Counted from the stretch's first letter, positions 39,150 to 51,906 are shown. The stretch is 64,000 bases of DNA from Eledone cirrhosa (GCA_964016885.1 OZ024742.1:311488001-311552000), one strand, 5' to 3'. Made by a program: numbers and translations. Notes: generated from the letters alone by a model not told the origin.

Positions 39150-39830
39150 TGTATTCAATGGACCAAGGCATAATATCAGCTTTTAAGCGATACAGCCTGT
39201 TACAACAGGTGTGTTCTCCAGCCAATGGACCAGAGGGTAATATCAATTTTTTATAACCTGTAGGAATTATTTAAGAAATGGTCAGTGTGATAGACACAAA
39301 CCCTGATAAGACTAAAATATTGCTCTTGGTCTTTCACTAATTTAAATGCTATCCTTTTTATTGCTATTGCCTGAAAAAAGGGAGTGCAAAAAAACTACAT
39401 ATACAGTTTGGAAGGAAGTTCTATCCAAATGAAAGACCATTGAAGTATTTGGACCGGTGGGGGGACAATGCTACAGTCATACAAGAAATTTTACATTTGT
39501 CCAGAGAGTCAGGATTGGATACAGTTACAGAAGATGACCTCTTACAATTGATTATTAATAAGAACAGATCTTTCTATCAAAGAATTAACAGAATTGGCAC
39601 ATCAGCTGGATAAAAAAAAAGAAAAATGATGTTTTGTGGAGATAATAATAAATGAAATTATTGTGCACAGTGCTCAGGTGCACTACAAACAATATAAACC
39701 TTCAAATAATTACTTACCTCTGCCAACTCCTTGATTGAAGAATGTTCTGAAAAGTTTGAATATAACTTTAGCTCCTTATTATGCAATTGTTATGGAGAGG
39801 AAAAGAAGACACACCAAACAGCAGTATCAT
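39150..39830 (+). mobile_element. Degraded pogo/Tigger transposase fragment
   Basis: MDQGIISAFKRY motif of pogo DDE domains, followed by degraded acidic-tail-like sequence. Confidence 0.55.
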
Positions 39831-40407
39831 CTTGATATTTATTTTGAGAACAATACCTTAACATCAGTATGACTGGCTGGTTAAAGCTGGTTGGAACAGA
39901 AAGAAGGGGAGAGAATTCTGGCCAGATACAGTTGGTTTAAATGCTAAAGGATTGAATGTGTCTCAGACTGGTCAGTACTCATGTGGAACCTCTAACCGCC
40001 AGGTTGGCCGGGGCCTGACATACAGTTCCACACAAACCAATTCTATTTTATTGTATCACCAACACTAGGGAATTTGTCATATTTTTGGCAAAACTGAAGA
40101 ATCTTCCCAACCCTTTGTTTAGAAGGTTTTCTATGGCTGGATGCCCATCCTATCACCAATCACTACAGAGTGTACTGGGTAATACTTTATTGTGTGGATC
40201 ACCAAAATTAGGGAGCTTGTCATGTCTATGACACAACTAAAGACTACTTCCAACTCTTTGTTTGGAAAATTTTTTGTGACGATGCCCTTTTTATTACTAA
40301 TCACTTTGCAGAGAGTATTAGGTGTTTATTATGATCACCAACACTTGAGAGGATCTCATGCTTGACACAGCAAAAGGGTCATATATATATATATATATAT
40401 ATATATG

Positions 40408-40700
40408 GAAGCGCGTGGTCTAGTGGTAAGGGTGTTGGGCTTATGACCAGGGCATAATATCAGCTTTTAAGCTATACAGCCTGTTACAACAGATGTGTTC
40501 TCCAGCCAAAGTTGTGGGTTCAATTCCTGGACTGGGTTGTGTGTTGTGTTCTTAGCCAAAATACTTTATTTCATGTTGCTGAAAATGAGTACAAGCAATA
40601 GCTGTGAGTTTAACCCTGTCCAGGGGTGAGTATTGTACTCTCAGTTGCTTATCGCCATGAAAACCGGCCTGATGAGCCTCCAGGCTTGAGACAGACTTTA
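40408..40700 (+). mobile_element. tRNA-derived SINE of a second family (another copy at 61926-62180)
   Basis: GCGCGTGGTCTAGTGGTAAGG A-box and GGTTCAATTCC B-box; collinear with 61926-62180 apart from a ~60-bp insertion. Confidence 0.8.
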
Positions 40701-40954
40701 TACATATATATATAGAGTAAAGGGTAAAGACCCCCTTTGATCATCAGTGACCATGGGATTTGCACCTAGAAAGTCCAAGCAATTGCCCATGCAGATTATT
40801 TTTTCTTCTCCACATCACTGATGTTGAAAGCTAAGGCTGATACAGTTTGGCACCAGTGATGTTGCAACCCATTTCTACAGCTGAGAGAACTGGAGCAATG
40901 TAAAATATAGTGTCTTGCTCAAGAACACAACACAGTCCAGTCCAGGAATATATA

Positions 40955-41265
40955 TATATGACGGTTGTCTGCTCAATACAAAAACTTGACCACGTCAGTA
41001 TACATGGAGCTCACTTCTGGCATGAAAACCCATGTGGCTTTTTAGACCAGACATACTTTTAAAATGTCGTCCACATAAATTGCACCTTAGATTCGAAGTA
41101 GCTTCAACTGCCTGAGTTGTCTGACCTTGATGAACCTTGAAATGTCTCTTTAGATTTGCATATTTTGTGACATATGTGGCATTGATAAATGTGAACTGGT
41201 TGGTATGTTCTGAGGTCAGTAGGAAGTGTTTTATGTGTGCTCTCATGTGACAGGCAGATTTTGCC
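40955..41265 (-). mobile_element. RTE 3' end carrying C2H2 zinc fingers
   Basis: LKRHFKVH and CNLCGRHFKSMSGLKSHMGFH then stop, short UTR and (TA)n; same layout as the RTE end at 16265-16620. Confidence 0.6.
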
Positions 41266-42599
41266 ACAAACTGTTCAAACAGAAAAAGTCCCATTAATTT
41301 TGTATTTACTTCCTGGTTGCTTTTTCCTTATATTCCTCTTAATATTTACCTGCATTAATCTATTTTGCTCAAAAGTTTTCACACACACACACACATATAA
41401 AATTGTGTACCAAGTAGGTGAATATATATTAAATTTATATCTGAAAATATACATATGTTCCAGTTTTACATGGTTTCTATGGTTGTGCAAGTAGATCAAA
41501 CAATAAACCATGTAGTTACATGTTTACCTCCAGTTCATTTAATATGTTCATCACTTTTTTCTTTTTTAGACACTGTGTCATTTGAGATGGATTTTGCTGT
41601 TATTTCCAGCATACTGGGTGATCACAAATATGGTGTCTCATTAACTTGATGTGTTTTCTTTCTTTAAGTTATCTGTAAACATTCTCCCTTCCCTATATCT
41701 TCATCACCACCATCATCATTGTTTTTACATCAACTTTTCCATCTTGGCATGGGTTGAATGAGACCTTTTGAGGCAATGTTTTATAGCTGGATACCCTTTT
41801 TGAGACCAGTTGTATGCATTGATCCTATACTAACCTGGGTACACACATAATGTTTAAAAAGAAATGATAAACTGAAAATAAAATTCTCTATTAACCCTTT
41901 CATGACCGCATTTCTAATGAAATACACTCTATTTAAATTAATTAATGAATAATTTTGAGGGATTTACAAAAATGATTACTTATTTCATTACTAAGATAGT
42001 AACATAATGCAAGGTTTTTATATAAAATTATGTTGGAAGATTTTCATTTGAATTGGAAACCTTCAAAATGGGTGGTTTTATTTCATAGAACCAAAGCTGG
42101 TTTTGGCTGGTTTGGTAACTAAAGGGTTAACATGGAAGAAGAAGAACCTATTAACAACCCAATACCACAATTGCCATTGTTATCACCATTACCGTTAACT
42201 GTAATTAATTTAATCATAAATTACAATTTCTGTCACATGAGTGAATCATTAATTAATTTGTTGAGCAATTATGTCAATGATGTGAAACAATTGTGTCATG
42301 TGAATACAATGATTTCACAAGGACAGTTCTGTACTTGGTTGCCATCTTTTCCTAAGTGGTAAGGTCAGTGTTAATTTAATATAGTCAGCTAAGAAATAGA
42401 ATTGTCTTGACAGACCATGTTAAGTATGTTAGCACCAACCTTACTATTTAGTTTCCATGCTGAGTGTGTCTCTGGGTATTTTTTCTTGTCTGTTTTTTAT
42501 TTCTTTTAATTTTGGCTATCACACCACTTACTGTTTATTCCCAAATAATTTATATATGTTTCGATTCATCTTCAGTCCAACAGAACTGATTAAAACTAT

Positions 42600-42642
42600 A
42601 CTTTACTGATGAGGTCTTATAAGTCTGAAACATATCCAGAGT
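42600..42642 (+). ncRNA. Degenerate minimal type I hammerhead ribozyme motif (Penelope/retrozyme-like)
   Basis: ACTTTA-CTGATGA-GGTC-TTATAA-GTCT-GAAA-CATA-TC-CAGAGT: core boxes in order, stems I and II each with one mismatch. Confidence 0.45.
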
Positions 42643-42949
42643 TGGCTCTGTACAGCCAAAATCAGGTTCACTCCATTTTACATTGCTCACATTTGTGTTC
42701 CCTACCTTTCTTGATCAGAATTTGTTCCCAAGCTAATGATTCATTATCTTCACCATACATATAATTATAATTAACTATAAAGTTTTGGTTACCTACATTA
42801 AGTATGTTAGCATCAACCTTACTATTTGGTTTTCACACAGAGCATGTCTCTGAGTACTTTGTCCTAACCTTCCTATTCTTAATGCTGAAAAACTGAAAGA
42901 CAGAAAAATAAATTGCCATCGGCTGCAATGAAGAATTGAACCCCATATC

Positions 42950-43262
42950 TTCCAGATACCGACTAGACCCCGAGATCAGAAGCAGAGTTGGACAAACAAC
43001 TTCAATATTTGCCTGACTAATGAAGAGAGACTAAGAGAACAGAAAACTAACTACAAATACGAATATTGCTGCCAACTAGAAGACAGAAGCAGTATCTCAA
43101 TGTCTTCCACAATCATAAGCTAAGACGCATTTTGGATATCAAGTGAACCAACTGGGTCACCAGCACTGAAGTCCTCAACTGTGCCAAGATACCCAGCATA
43201 TTCATCCTGCTCCAACAGCGGCATCGGTGCTTGCTGGGTCATGTACATTGTATGTCGGACAG
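42950..43262 (+). mobile_element. RTE ORF2 fragment
   Basis: LDPEIRSRVGQ...LNVFHNHKLRRILDIK...EVLNCAKIPSIFILLQQRHRCLLGHVHCMSD. Confidence 0.7.
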
Positions 43263-44299
43263 GTTATCTGTAAACATTCTCCTTTCCCTATATCTTCATC
43301 ACCACCATCATCATTGTTTTTACATCAACTTTTCCATCTTGGCATGGGTTGAATGAGACCTTTTGAGGCAATGTTTTATAGCTGGATACCCTTTTTTGAG
43401 ACCAGTTGTATGCATTGATCCTATACTAACCTGGGTACACACATAATGTTTAAAAAGAAATGATAAACTGAAAATAAAATTCTCTATTAACCCTTTCATG
43501 ACAGCATTTCTAATGAAATACACTCTATTTAAATTAATTAATGAATAATTTTGAGGGATTTACAAAAATGATTACTTATTTCATTACTAAGATAGTAACA
43601 TAATGCAAGGTTTTTATATAAAATTATGTTGGAAGATTTTCATTTGAATTGGAAACCTTCAAAATGGGTGGTTTTATTTCATAGAACCAAAGCTGGTTTT
43701 GGCTGGTTTGGTAACTAAAGGGTTAACATGGAAGAAGAAAAACCTATTAACAACCCAATACCACAATCGCCATTGTTATCACCATTACCGTTAACTGTAA
43801 TTAATTTAATCATAAATTACAATTTCTGTCACATGAGTGAATCATTAATTAATTTGTTGAGCAATTATGTCAATGATGTGAAACAATTGTGTCATGTGAA
43901 TACAATGATTTCACAAGGACAGTTCTGTACTTGGTTGCCATCTTTTCCTACTGACCACTGGCACAAGGATGGCCTCATCTTTGTTTCACAGATGTCTGCA
44001 GCAGAGATATGAAGTTAATAGATTTGAACATCAGTTTTCCATGTATTTTATATAATATAGTATATTTACTTCTAGGTTTACATATTGAAGGTGTTTTCTT
44101 TAATGATTATATGTATATAATCATCATCATCATCTTTATCATCACTGTTTAAAATTTATTTTTCATGCTTCATGAGTTAGATACATTATCATATTCTGTG
44201 GCTAGACAGGTCAAATGACAGTGTTTCATTCATATGTTCCATAACCATTTTATGGTGTGTACTAGGTACATGTTATTGTGGTATCACCACTAGCACCTG

Positions 44300-47200
44300 A
44301 TAGAGTGAATGGGTGCTTTTCATTGTGACACCAGCACTACCACTTTACAATGTGAGCAGTGTTATTGTATTGTGGCACCAACACTATCACTTTACTGTGT
44401 GGGCTGTGTGTATTGTATTCTGGCACCAACACTATCACTTTACAGTGTGGACTGTGTGTATTGTATTGTGGCACCAACACTATCACTTTACTGTGTGGGC
44501 TATGTGTATTGTATTGTGGCACCAACACTATCACTTTACTATGTGGACTGTGTGTATTGTATTGTGGCACCAACACTATCACTTTACTGTGTGGGCTGTG
44601 TGTATTGTATTGTGGCACCAACACTATCACTTTACAGTGTGGACTGTGTGTATTGTATTGTGGCACCAACACTATCACTTTACTGTGTGGGCTATGTGTA
44701 TTGTATTGTGGCACCAACACTATCACTTTACTGTGTGTATTGTATTGTGGGACCAACACTATCACTTTACTGTGTGGGCTGTGTGTATTGTATTGTGGCA
44801 CTATCACTACTGTGTGGGCTGTGTGTATTGTGGCACCAGCACTATCACTTTACTGTGTGGACTGTGTGTATTGTATTGTGGTACCAACACTATCACTTTA
44901 CTGTGTGGGCTGTGTGTATTGTATTGTGGCACCAACACTATCACTTTACTGTGTGGACTGTGTGTATTGTATTGTGGCACCAACACTATCACTTTACTGT
45001 GTGGACTGTGTGTATTGTATTGTGGCACCAACACTATTACCTTACTGTGTGGGCTGTGTGTATTGTGGCACCAACACTATTACCTTACTGTGTGGGCTGT
45101 GTGTATTGTGGCACCAACACTATCACTTTACTGTGTGGACTGTGTGTATTGTATTGTGGCACCAACACTATCACTTTACTATGTGGAGTGTGTGTATTGT
45201 GGCACCAGCACTATCACTTTACTGTGTGGGCTGTGTGTATTGTATTGTGGCACCAACACTATCACTTTACTGTGTGGGCTGTGTGTATTATATTGTGGCA
45301 CCAACACTATCACTTTACTGTGTGGACTGTGTGTATTGTATTGTGGCACCAACACTATCACTTTACTGTGTGGACTGTGTGTATTGTGGCACCAGTACTA
45401 TCACTTTACTGTGTGGGCTGTGTGTATTGTATTGTGGCACCAACACTATCACTTTACTGTGTGGACTGTGTGTATTGTATTGTGGCACCAACACTATCAC
45501 TTTACTGTGTGGACTGTGTGTATTGTATTGTGGAACCAACACTATCACTTTACAGTGTGGACTGTGTGTATTGTATTGTGACACCAACACTATCACTTTA
45601 CTGTGTGGGCTGTGTGTATTGTATTGTGGCACCAACACTATCACTTTACAGTGTGGACTGTGTGTATTGTATTGTGGCACCAACACTATCACTTTACTGT
45701 GTGGGATGTGTGTATTGTATTGTGGCACCAACACTATCACTTTACTGTGTGGGCTGTGTGTATTGTATTGTGGCACCAGCACTATCACTTTACTGTGTGG
45801 GCTGTGTGTATTGAATTGTGGCACCAACACTCACTTTACTGTGTGGGCTGTGTGTATTGTATTGTGGCACCAACACTATCACTTTACTGTGTGGACTGTG
45901 TGTATTGTATTGTGGCACCAACACTATCACTTTACTGTGTGGACTGTGTGTATTGTGGCACCAGTACTATCACTTTACTGTGTGGGCTGTGTGTATTGTA
46001 TTGTGGCACCAACACTATCACTTTACTGTGTGGACTGTGTGTATTGTATTGTGGCACCAACACTATCACTTTACTGTGTGGGCTGTGTGTATTGTATTGT
46101 GGCACCAACACTATCACTTTACTGTGTGGACTGTGTGTATTGTATTGTGGCACCAACACTATCACTTTACTGTGTGGGCTGTGTGTATTGTGGCACCAGC
46201 ACTATCACTTTACTGTGTGGGCTGTGTGTATTGTGGCACCAACACTATCACTTTACTGTGTGGGCTGTGTGTATTGTATTGTGGCACCAACACTATCACT
46301 TTACTGTGTGGGCTGTGTGTATTGTATTGTGGCACCAACACTATCACTTTACTGTGTGGACTGTGTGTATTGTATTGTGGCACCAACACTATCACTTTAC
46401 TGTGTGGGCTGTGTGTATTGTGGCACCAGCACTATCACTTTACTGTGTGGGCTGTGTGTATTGTGGCACCAACACTATCACTTTACTGTGTGGGCTGTGT
46501 GTATTGTATTGTGGCACCAACACTATCACTTTACAGTGTGGACTGTGTGTATTGTGGCACCAGCACTATCACTTTACTGTGTGGGCTGTGTGTATTGTAT
46601 TGTGGCACCAACACTATCACTTTACTGTGTGGGCTGTGTGTATTGTATTGTGGCACCAACACTATCACTTTACTGTGTGGACTGTGTGTATTGTATTGTG
46701 GAACCAACACTATCACTTTACAGTGTGGACTGTGTGTATTGTATTGTGACACCAACACTATCACTTTACTGTGTGGGCTGTGTGTATTGTATTGTGGCAC
46801 CAACACTATCACTTTACAGTGTGGACTGTGTGTATTGTATTGTGGCACCAACACTATCACTTTACTGTGTGGGCTGTGTGTATTGTATTGTGGCACCAGC
46901 ACTATCACTTTACTGTGTGGGCTGTGTGTATTGAATTGTGGCACCAACACTATCACTTTACTGTGTGGGCTGTGTGTATTGTATTGTGGCACCAACACTA
47001 TCACTTTACTGTGTGGACTGTGTGTATTGTATTGTGGCACCAACACTATCACTTTACTGTGTGGACTGTGTGTATTGTGGCACCAGTACTATCACTTTAC
47101 TGTGTGGGCTGTGTGTATTGTATTGTGACACCAACACTATCACTTTACTGTGTGGACTGTGTGTATTGTATTGTGGAACCAACACTATCACTTTACTGTG

Positions 47201-48222
47201 TGGGCTGTGTGTATTGTATTGTGGCACCAACACTATCACTTTACTGTGTGGACTGTGTGTATTGTATTGTGGCACCAACACTATCACTTTACTGTGTGGG
47301 CTGTGTGTATTGTGACACCAGCACTATCACTTTACTGTGTGGGCTGTGTGTATTGTGGCACCAACACTATCACTTTACTGTGTGGGCTGTGTGTATTGTA
47401 TTGTGGCACCAACACTATCACTTTACAGTGTGGACTGTGTGTATTGTGGCACCAGCACTATCACTTTACTGTGTGGGCTGTGTGTATTGTATTGTGGCAC
47501 CAACACTATCACTTTACTGTGTGGGCTGTGTGTATTGTATTGTGGCACCAACACTATCACTTTACTGTGTGGACTGTGTGTATTGTATTGTGGAACCAAC
47601 ACTATCACTTTACAGTGTGGACTGTGTGTATTGTATTGTGACACCAACACTATCACTTTACTGTGTGGGCTGTGTGTATTGTATTGTGGCACCAACACTA
47701 TCACTTTACAGTGTGGACTGTGTGTATTGTATTGTGACACCAACACTATCACTTTACTGTGTGGGATGTGTGTATTGTATTGTGGCACCAACACTATCAC
47801 TTTACTGTGTGGGCTGTGTGTATTGTATTGTGGCACCAGCACTATCACTTTACTGTGTGGGCTGTGTGTATTGTATTGTGGCACCAACACTATCACTTTA
47901 CTGTGTGGGCTGTGTGTATTGTATTGTGGCACCAACACTATCACTTTACTGTGTGGGATGTGTGTATTGTATTGTGGCACCAACACTATCACTTTACTGT
48001 GTGGGCTGTGTGTATTGTATTGTGGCACCAGCACTATCACTTTACTGTGTGGGCTGTGTGTATTGTATTGTGGCACCAACACTATCACTTTACTGTGTGG
48101 GCTGTGTGTATTGTATTGTGGCACCAACACTATCACTTTACTGTGTGGGCTGTGTGTATTGTATTGTGGCACCAACACTATCACTTTACTGTGTGGGCTG
48201 TGTGTATTGTATTGTGGCACCA
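44300..48222 (-). repeat. 48/43-bp minisatellite, roughly 80 copies, derived from the RTE 3'-UTR repeat
   Basis: Unit GTGGCACCAACACTATCACTTTACTGTGTGGGCTGTGTGTATTGTATT; its reverse complement aligns with the 29152-30590 unit (CAGCCCACAC.GTAAAGTG). Confidence 0.95.
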
Positions 48223-48310
48223 AATAAAATAATTTAAAAAAAATAACAAGTCTCTAACACTTACAATTTTCTATTTTTTACAGCAGAACGTATTCCTGAA
48301 AAAAAAAAAA

Positions 48311-48477
48311 ATGCTCTACTTAAAGACTGCCACTTGGTTTGCTTCTATTTTTCTAATGTGTGGTTGTGTGTTATCCCTGGACAATGGCCTTGCCTTAAAA
48401 CCGCCAATGGGATGGCTTTCATGGGAGAGATTCCGTTGTAATATTGACTGTGATAATGACCCTGATAACTGTATCAG
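48311..48477 (+). CDS. NAGA: alpha-N-acetylgalactosaminidase (GH27) coding exon 1, with signal peptide
   Basis: [55 protein letters not shown]; phase-2 donor AG|GTAAG. Confidence 0.93.
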
Positions 48478-49149
48478 GTAAGCAACCATTCATTTTATTA
48501 AACCTTTAGCATTTACATTACTCTATATATACTATTGTATTTTCGGGGTAAAGGCTTTACCTCACATAATTATCTCACATAATTTAATATTATTCATTTT
48601 GAGAACAATAACTTAGCATCGGTATGAGTGGCTGGTTACAGCTGGTTTGAACAAAAAGAGGTAAGAGAATTCTGGCCAGATATGGCCGGTTTTAATGTTA
48701 GAGGGTTAAGCCTTTTTTGTTTGTTTGTTTTTTGCTTTTTTCTGTTTTCAAAAATAATAGACAACTAAGGATGACCATGGGGTGAAGTGGTTGGAATTAG
48801 TTGTGGGAATGGAGAACTAAGGGGGACCATGAAGTGGTGGGAGTTAATCATGGGACTGAAGTGGTAGGAATTAGTTATGGGACTGCAGGATCATGAGATG
48901 AGTTGGTGGGTGGAAATTAGTTGTGAGACTGGAGAAACTTGGGATCAAGTGGTGGTGTGAAATCTCAAGATGAAGGTCGTGACAGATGACCTCACACAGG
49001 GACAAGAGAAGTAATATGTTGTACTGTAAATGAGTTGACCCCCATGTGTGTTGCAAGAAACTGTAAGATAAAGTTTGATGTATTGTAATTTAATATTTAA
49101 TTTAAAAAGGAGCTTTATTTTCATTTTAAAAGTAAAATAAATCAATGTA

Positions 49150-50734
49150 CAGTCTTCCCGTGCCATTTGTGGTCCCGCCATTCGCGGTCCTGGTTATTCG
49201 TGGAATTTTTCTTAGAACCTAACTAATAATTGTTCATAAAAACCACCATATATTTGTGGAATCATAAATATCTTCTGCAATTTTTTATGGCTTTTTTCAT
49301 GGCAATATATATTTTTTCATGCTTTTTAACACTAAATTCATCATCACCGTATTACATCCATTCTTCCACGCTAGCATGGGTTAGACGGGTTGTTCTGTTG
49401 TGGGCAATGCCAAGCCGGGTGACCATGTCTTGCTCATGCAGACTGATTTTGGCTTGATTTCTACAGCTGGATGCCCTTCCTTACCCCAACCTCATTTACA
49501 GTGTGTACTGGGTATTTTTTATCATGGCGCCTACACGACCACTTTACAGTGTGGACTGGGTGCTTTTTGTTGTGACACCTACACAACCACTTTACAGTAG
49601 GAGGAGGGTGTGGGCATACTGTCTATATGCTTCAGCTTTGGCTTGTACCCGTTGGAAGTCAGGTCTTCTGTATTACTGTGTAACGCCAGAGGTCATGGTC
49701 ATGTGTCATCACCTTTGAGAGGTGCAATTGGACAAGATCAGCTTTTATCACTTCATCCCAGGTCTTCTTGTGTCTCCCCACTCCAAGGCTTCCATTAACT
49801 TTTAGCGCTCTGCATCTTTTTATGCAGCTGTCATCCTTCATAAGCATCACATGTCCATGCCAACGTAATCTCCTCTCCTCCACATAGCATTTGATTCCTC
49901 TTATGTCTAGTCTCTCTCTCAATTCGTTTATGCTTTGCCATTCATGTATATTACTATTACACATCCATCGGAGTATGCAAGCTTTATTTATTTCCAATCT
50001 ATGCAAATCTATGCACACAATGGCCAGGTCTCACTACCATGCAACATTGCTGTTTGTATGCATGCATCATACAGTCTGCCTTTCATTTTGAGGGAAAAAC
50101 TTTTTTCAGCTAGCAGTAGTAGTAGCTCCCTGAACTTCTTTCATCCCATTCTTACTCTGGCTACTGTACTTTTCGAACACTGCTATTTCGGTCACCTAGG
50201 TAACAGAAGCTGTCTACTGTTTCTACAGAGCCCTCCCAGAATCTGGTAGTGTTTGTTTCCTGTAGTCATTTGCTGCTTACTGTCCCAGTGCAACTGTTAC
50301 ATGTAAAGCCTACATTTTTAGCTAAACTTTCTGAGATCCTACTATATCTCTTGTGTACCCATAATTTGCATTTGGGGCTGAGGATAGAATTTCTACCTAC
50401 ACTTTTCCTACATACTGAACAAGGCCATTTTCCTGAGGGGATCTGGGTTATATTTTCTCTTCTACTTATGAGGACCTTAGTTTTTGTCAGGTTGACTTTG
50501 AGACCCCTACTTTCTAGGCCCTGCTTCCATGTTTGGAATTTCTTCTCTAGTTCCACCATTGATTCAGCTATGTTTAAATTATCAATAACAATATACCATA
50601 TTTGCTGGCCTATATTTTATGTTATGTTTTGATGTTTATAGGCATTTTTAAGGACCACATCCAATATTCGCGGTTTTTCACTCTGCGCGGGTGCTGTAGG
50701 AACATAACCCCCGCCAATACTGAGGGGACAACTG
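49150..50734. mobile_element. Tigger/pogo-like MITE split by an RTE insertion
   Basis: TA|CAGTCTTCCC...ATTCGCGG left end and ATTCGCGG...GGGGACAACTG|TA right end. Confidence 0.55.
49338..50575 (-). mobile_element. RTE LINE 3' half with a PHD-like Cys cluster after the RT core
   Basis: LESRGLKVNLTKTKV, CSVCRKSVGRNSILSPKCKLWVHKRYS...CNSC, VDSFCYLGD, RRLRWHGHVMLMKDD, WDEVIKADL, then the UTR tail. Confidence 0.85.
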
Positions 50735-51906
50735 TATCTGGCAGTGGAACATCTGACCACAAAATATTCTCAACCACATTGAAGAACAAAGCCTGGAATT
50801 GTTCTGATGAGCTTTCCTGAGGGAGTTGTAGGGGCACCATATTGACATACAGCATTTCTAAGGCACCTTTTTAAAACCTGGCAGAGCCCACCTCCTTTCA
50901 AAGTCTGAATACAGCAGTTTCCTTTCAGAGAAAAATAGAGTGAGAGAAAGGAAATGATAAAGAGATATAGAGGAAGAATCGACCTAGTATTGAACTGGTA
51001 CTTTTTTATGGCCCTCGAATGGAGGAAGGGCAAAGTTTACCATGGCGGTATTTGAACTCAGAGAGCAGAGAGCCAAAACAAATATTACAAAGCACTCTAT
51101 CTGATGTTCTAACGACTCTGCTTTAATAGGTTTATAATATTTTAAATTCAAATCGATATAGCTTTCAATTTTGCTTTCATTCTTCTAAGGTTACAAAATA
51201 AGTACCAATAATATTTCAGTCATCTATAAAACTATATACATAAAAAAAATTGAAATTTTGCCTAATCCAAAGTTTTCTGTATTGCTTAGTCAATATTGTA
51301 ACTAGAGTTTTATTATTATAGACATAAGTTCAATACAGGCCATTGATTCAGGTGTATATGTCATCAGCTTTAGTAGTTGATATAGGTCATATGACTCAGA
51401 TGTGTGTATCATATGACAAATATAAGCTGAGGCATGTGATAGAGATTTATTTCATATCATATGAATTTTTGTCAGGTCACTCCTGGTTGCTACTGGTAAC
51501 ATGTAACCCAGTACAACCTGTTCCATGGTTGGGTCATCGGTGACTAAGCCAGCAACCTCATCAGGCTTAATTGGTGAGAAGGGCGATTATTGGACATCCT
51601 GCAGGACAAAATACAAAACCTGTCAAAGGAGGACATTTTTTTCAAGCTCTTCCAAAAATTCAGTTATAAAAACCAGGTCATTAACATACACAAGTTCATA
51701 TGACCAGGAGAAGGATAATAAACAGGAAGAGGCAGAAGATTCAGGCTTCATGAACACTCACTCTTTTACTTGCATCTTATGAAACACAGAGATATGGTCT
51801 ACATATTCTAAACTGAATACATACACACATACATACATAAATATATACATACACACATACATACATATATATATTATATACATATTATATATATATATAT
51901 TATTGT

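Larger units (their letters stand above)
41668..43949. repeat. ~685-bp near-identical direct duplication (41668-42352 and 43263-43949), each copy containing a piggyBac-like MITE
   Basis: GTTATCTGTAAACATTCTCC...GCCATCTTTTCCTA repeated 1596 bp apart; internal TTAACCCTTT...AAAGGGTTAA. Confidence 0.9.

Noticed and set aside
40665-40700. Hammerhead core CTGATGAG with a hairpin
   Set aside because: No GAAA box follows, and it is part of the SINE tail (the sister copy at about 62150 lacks the core).
44309-48237. Very long Cys/Val/Tyr-rich ORFs (up to 796 aa)
   Set aside because: Open in all frames because the 48-bp unit has few stop codons; purely a minisatellite.
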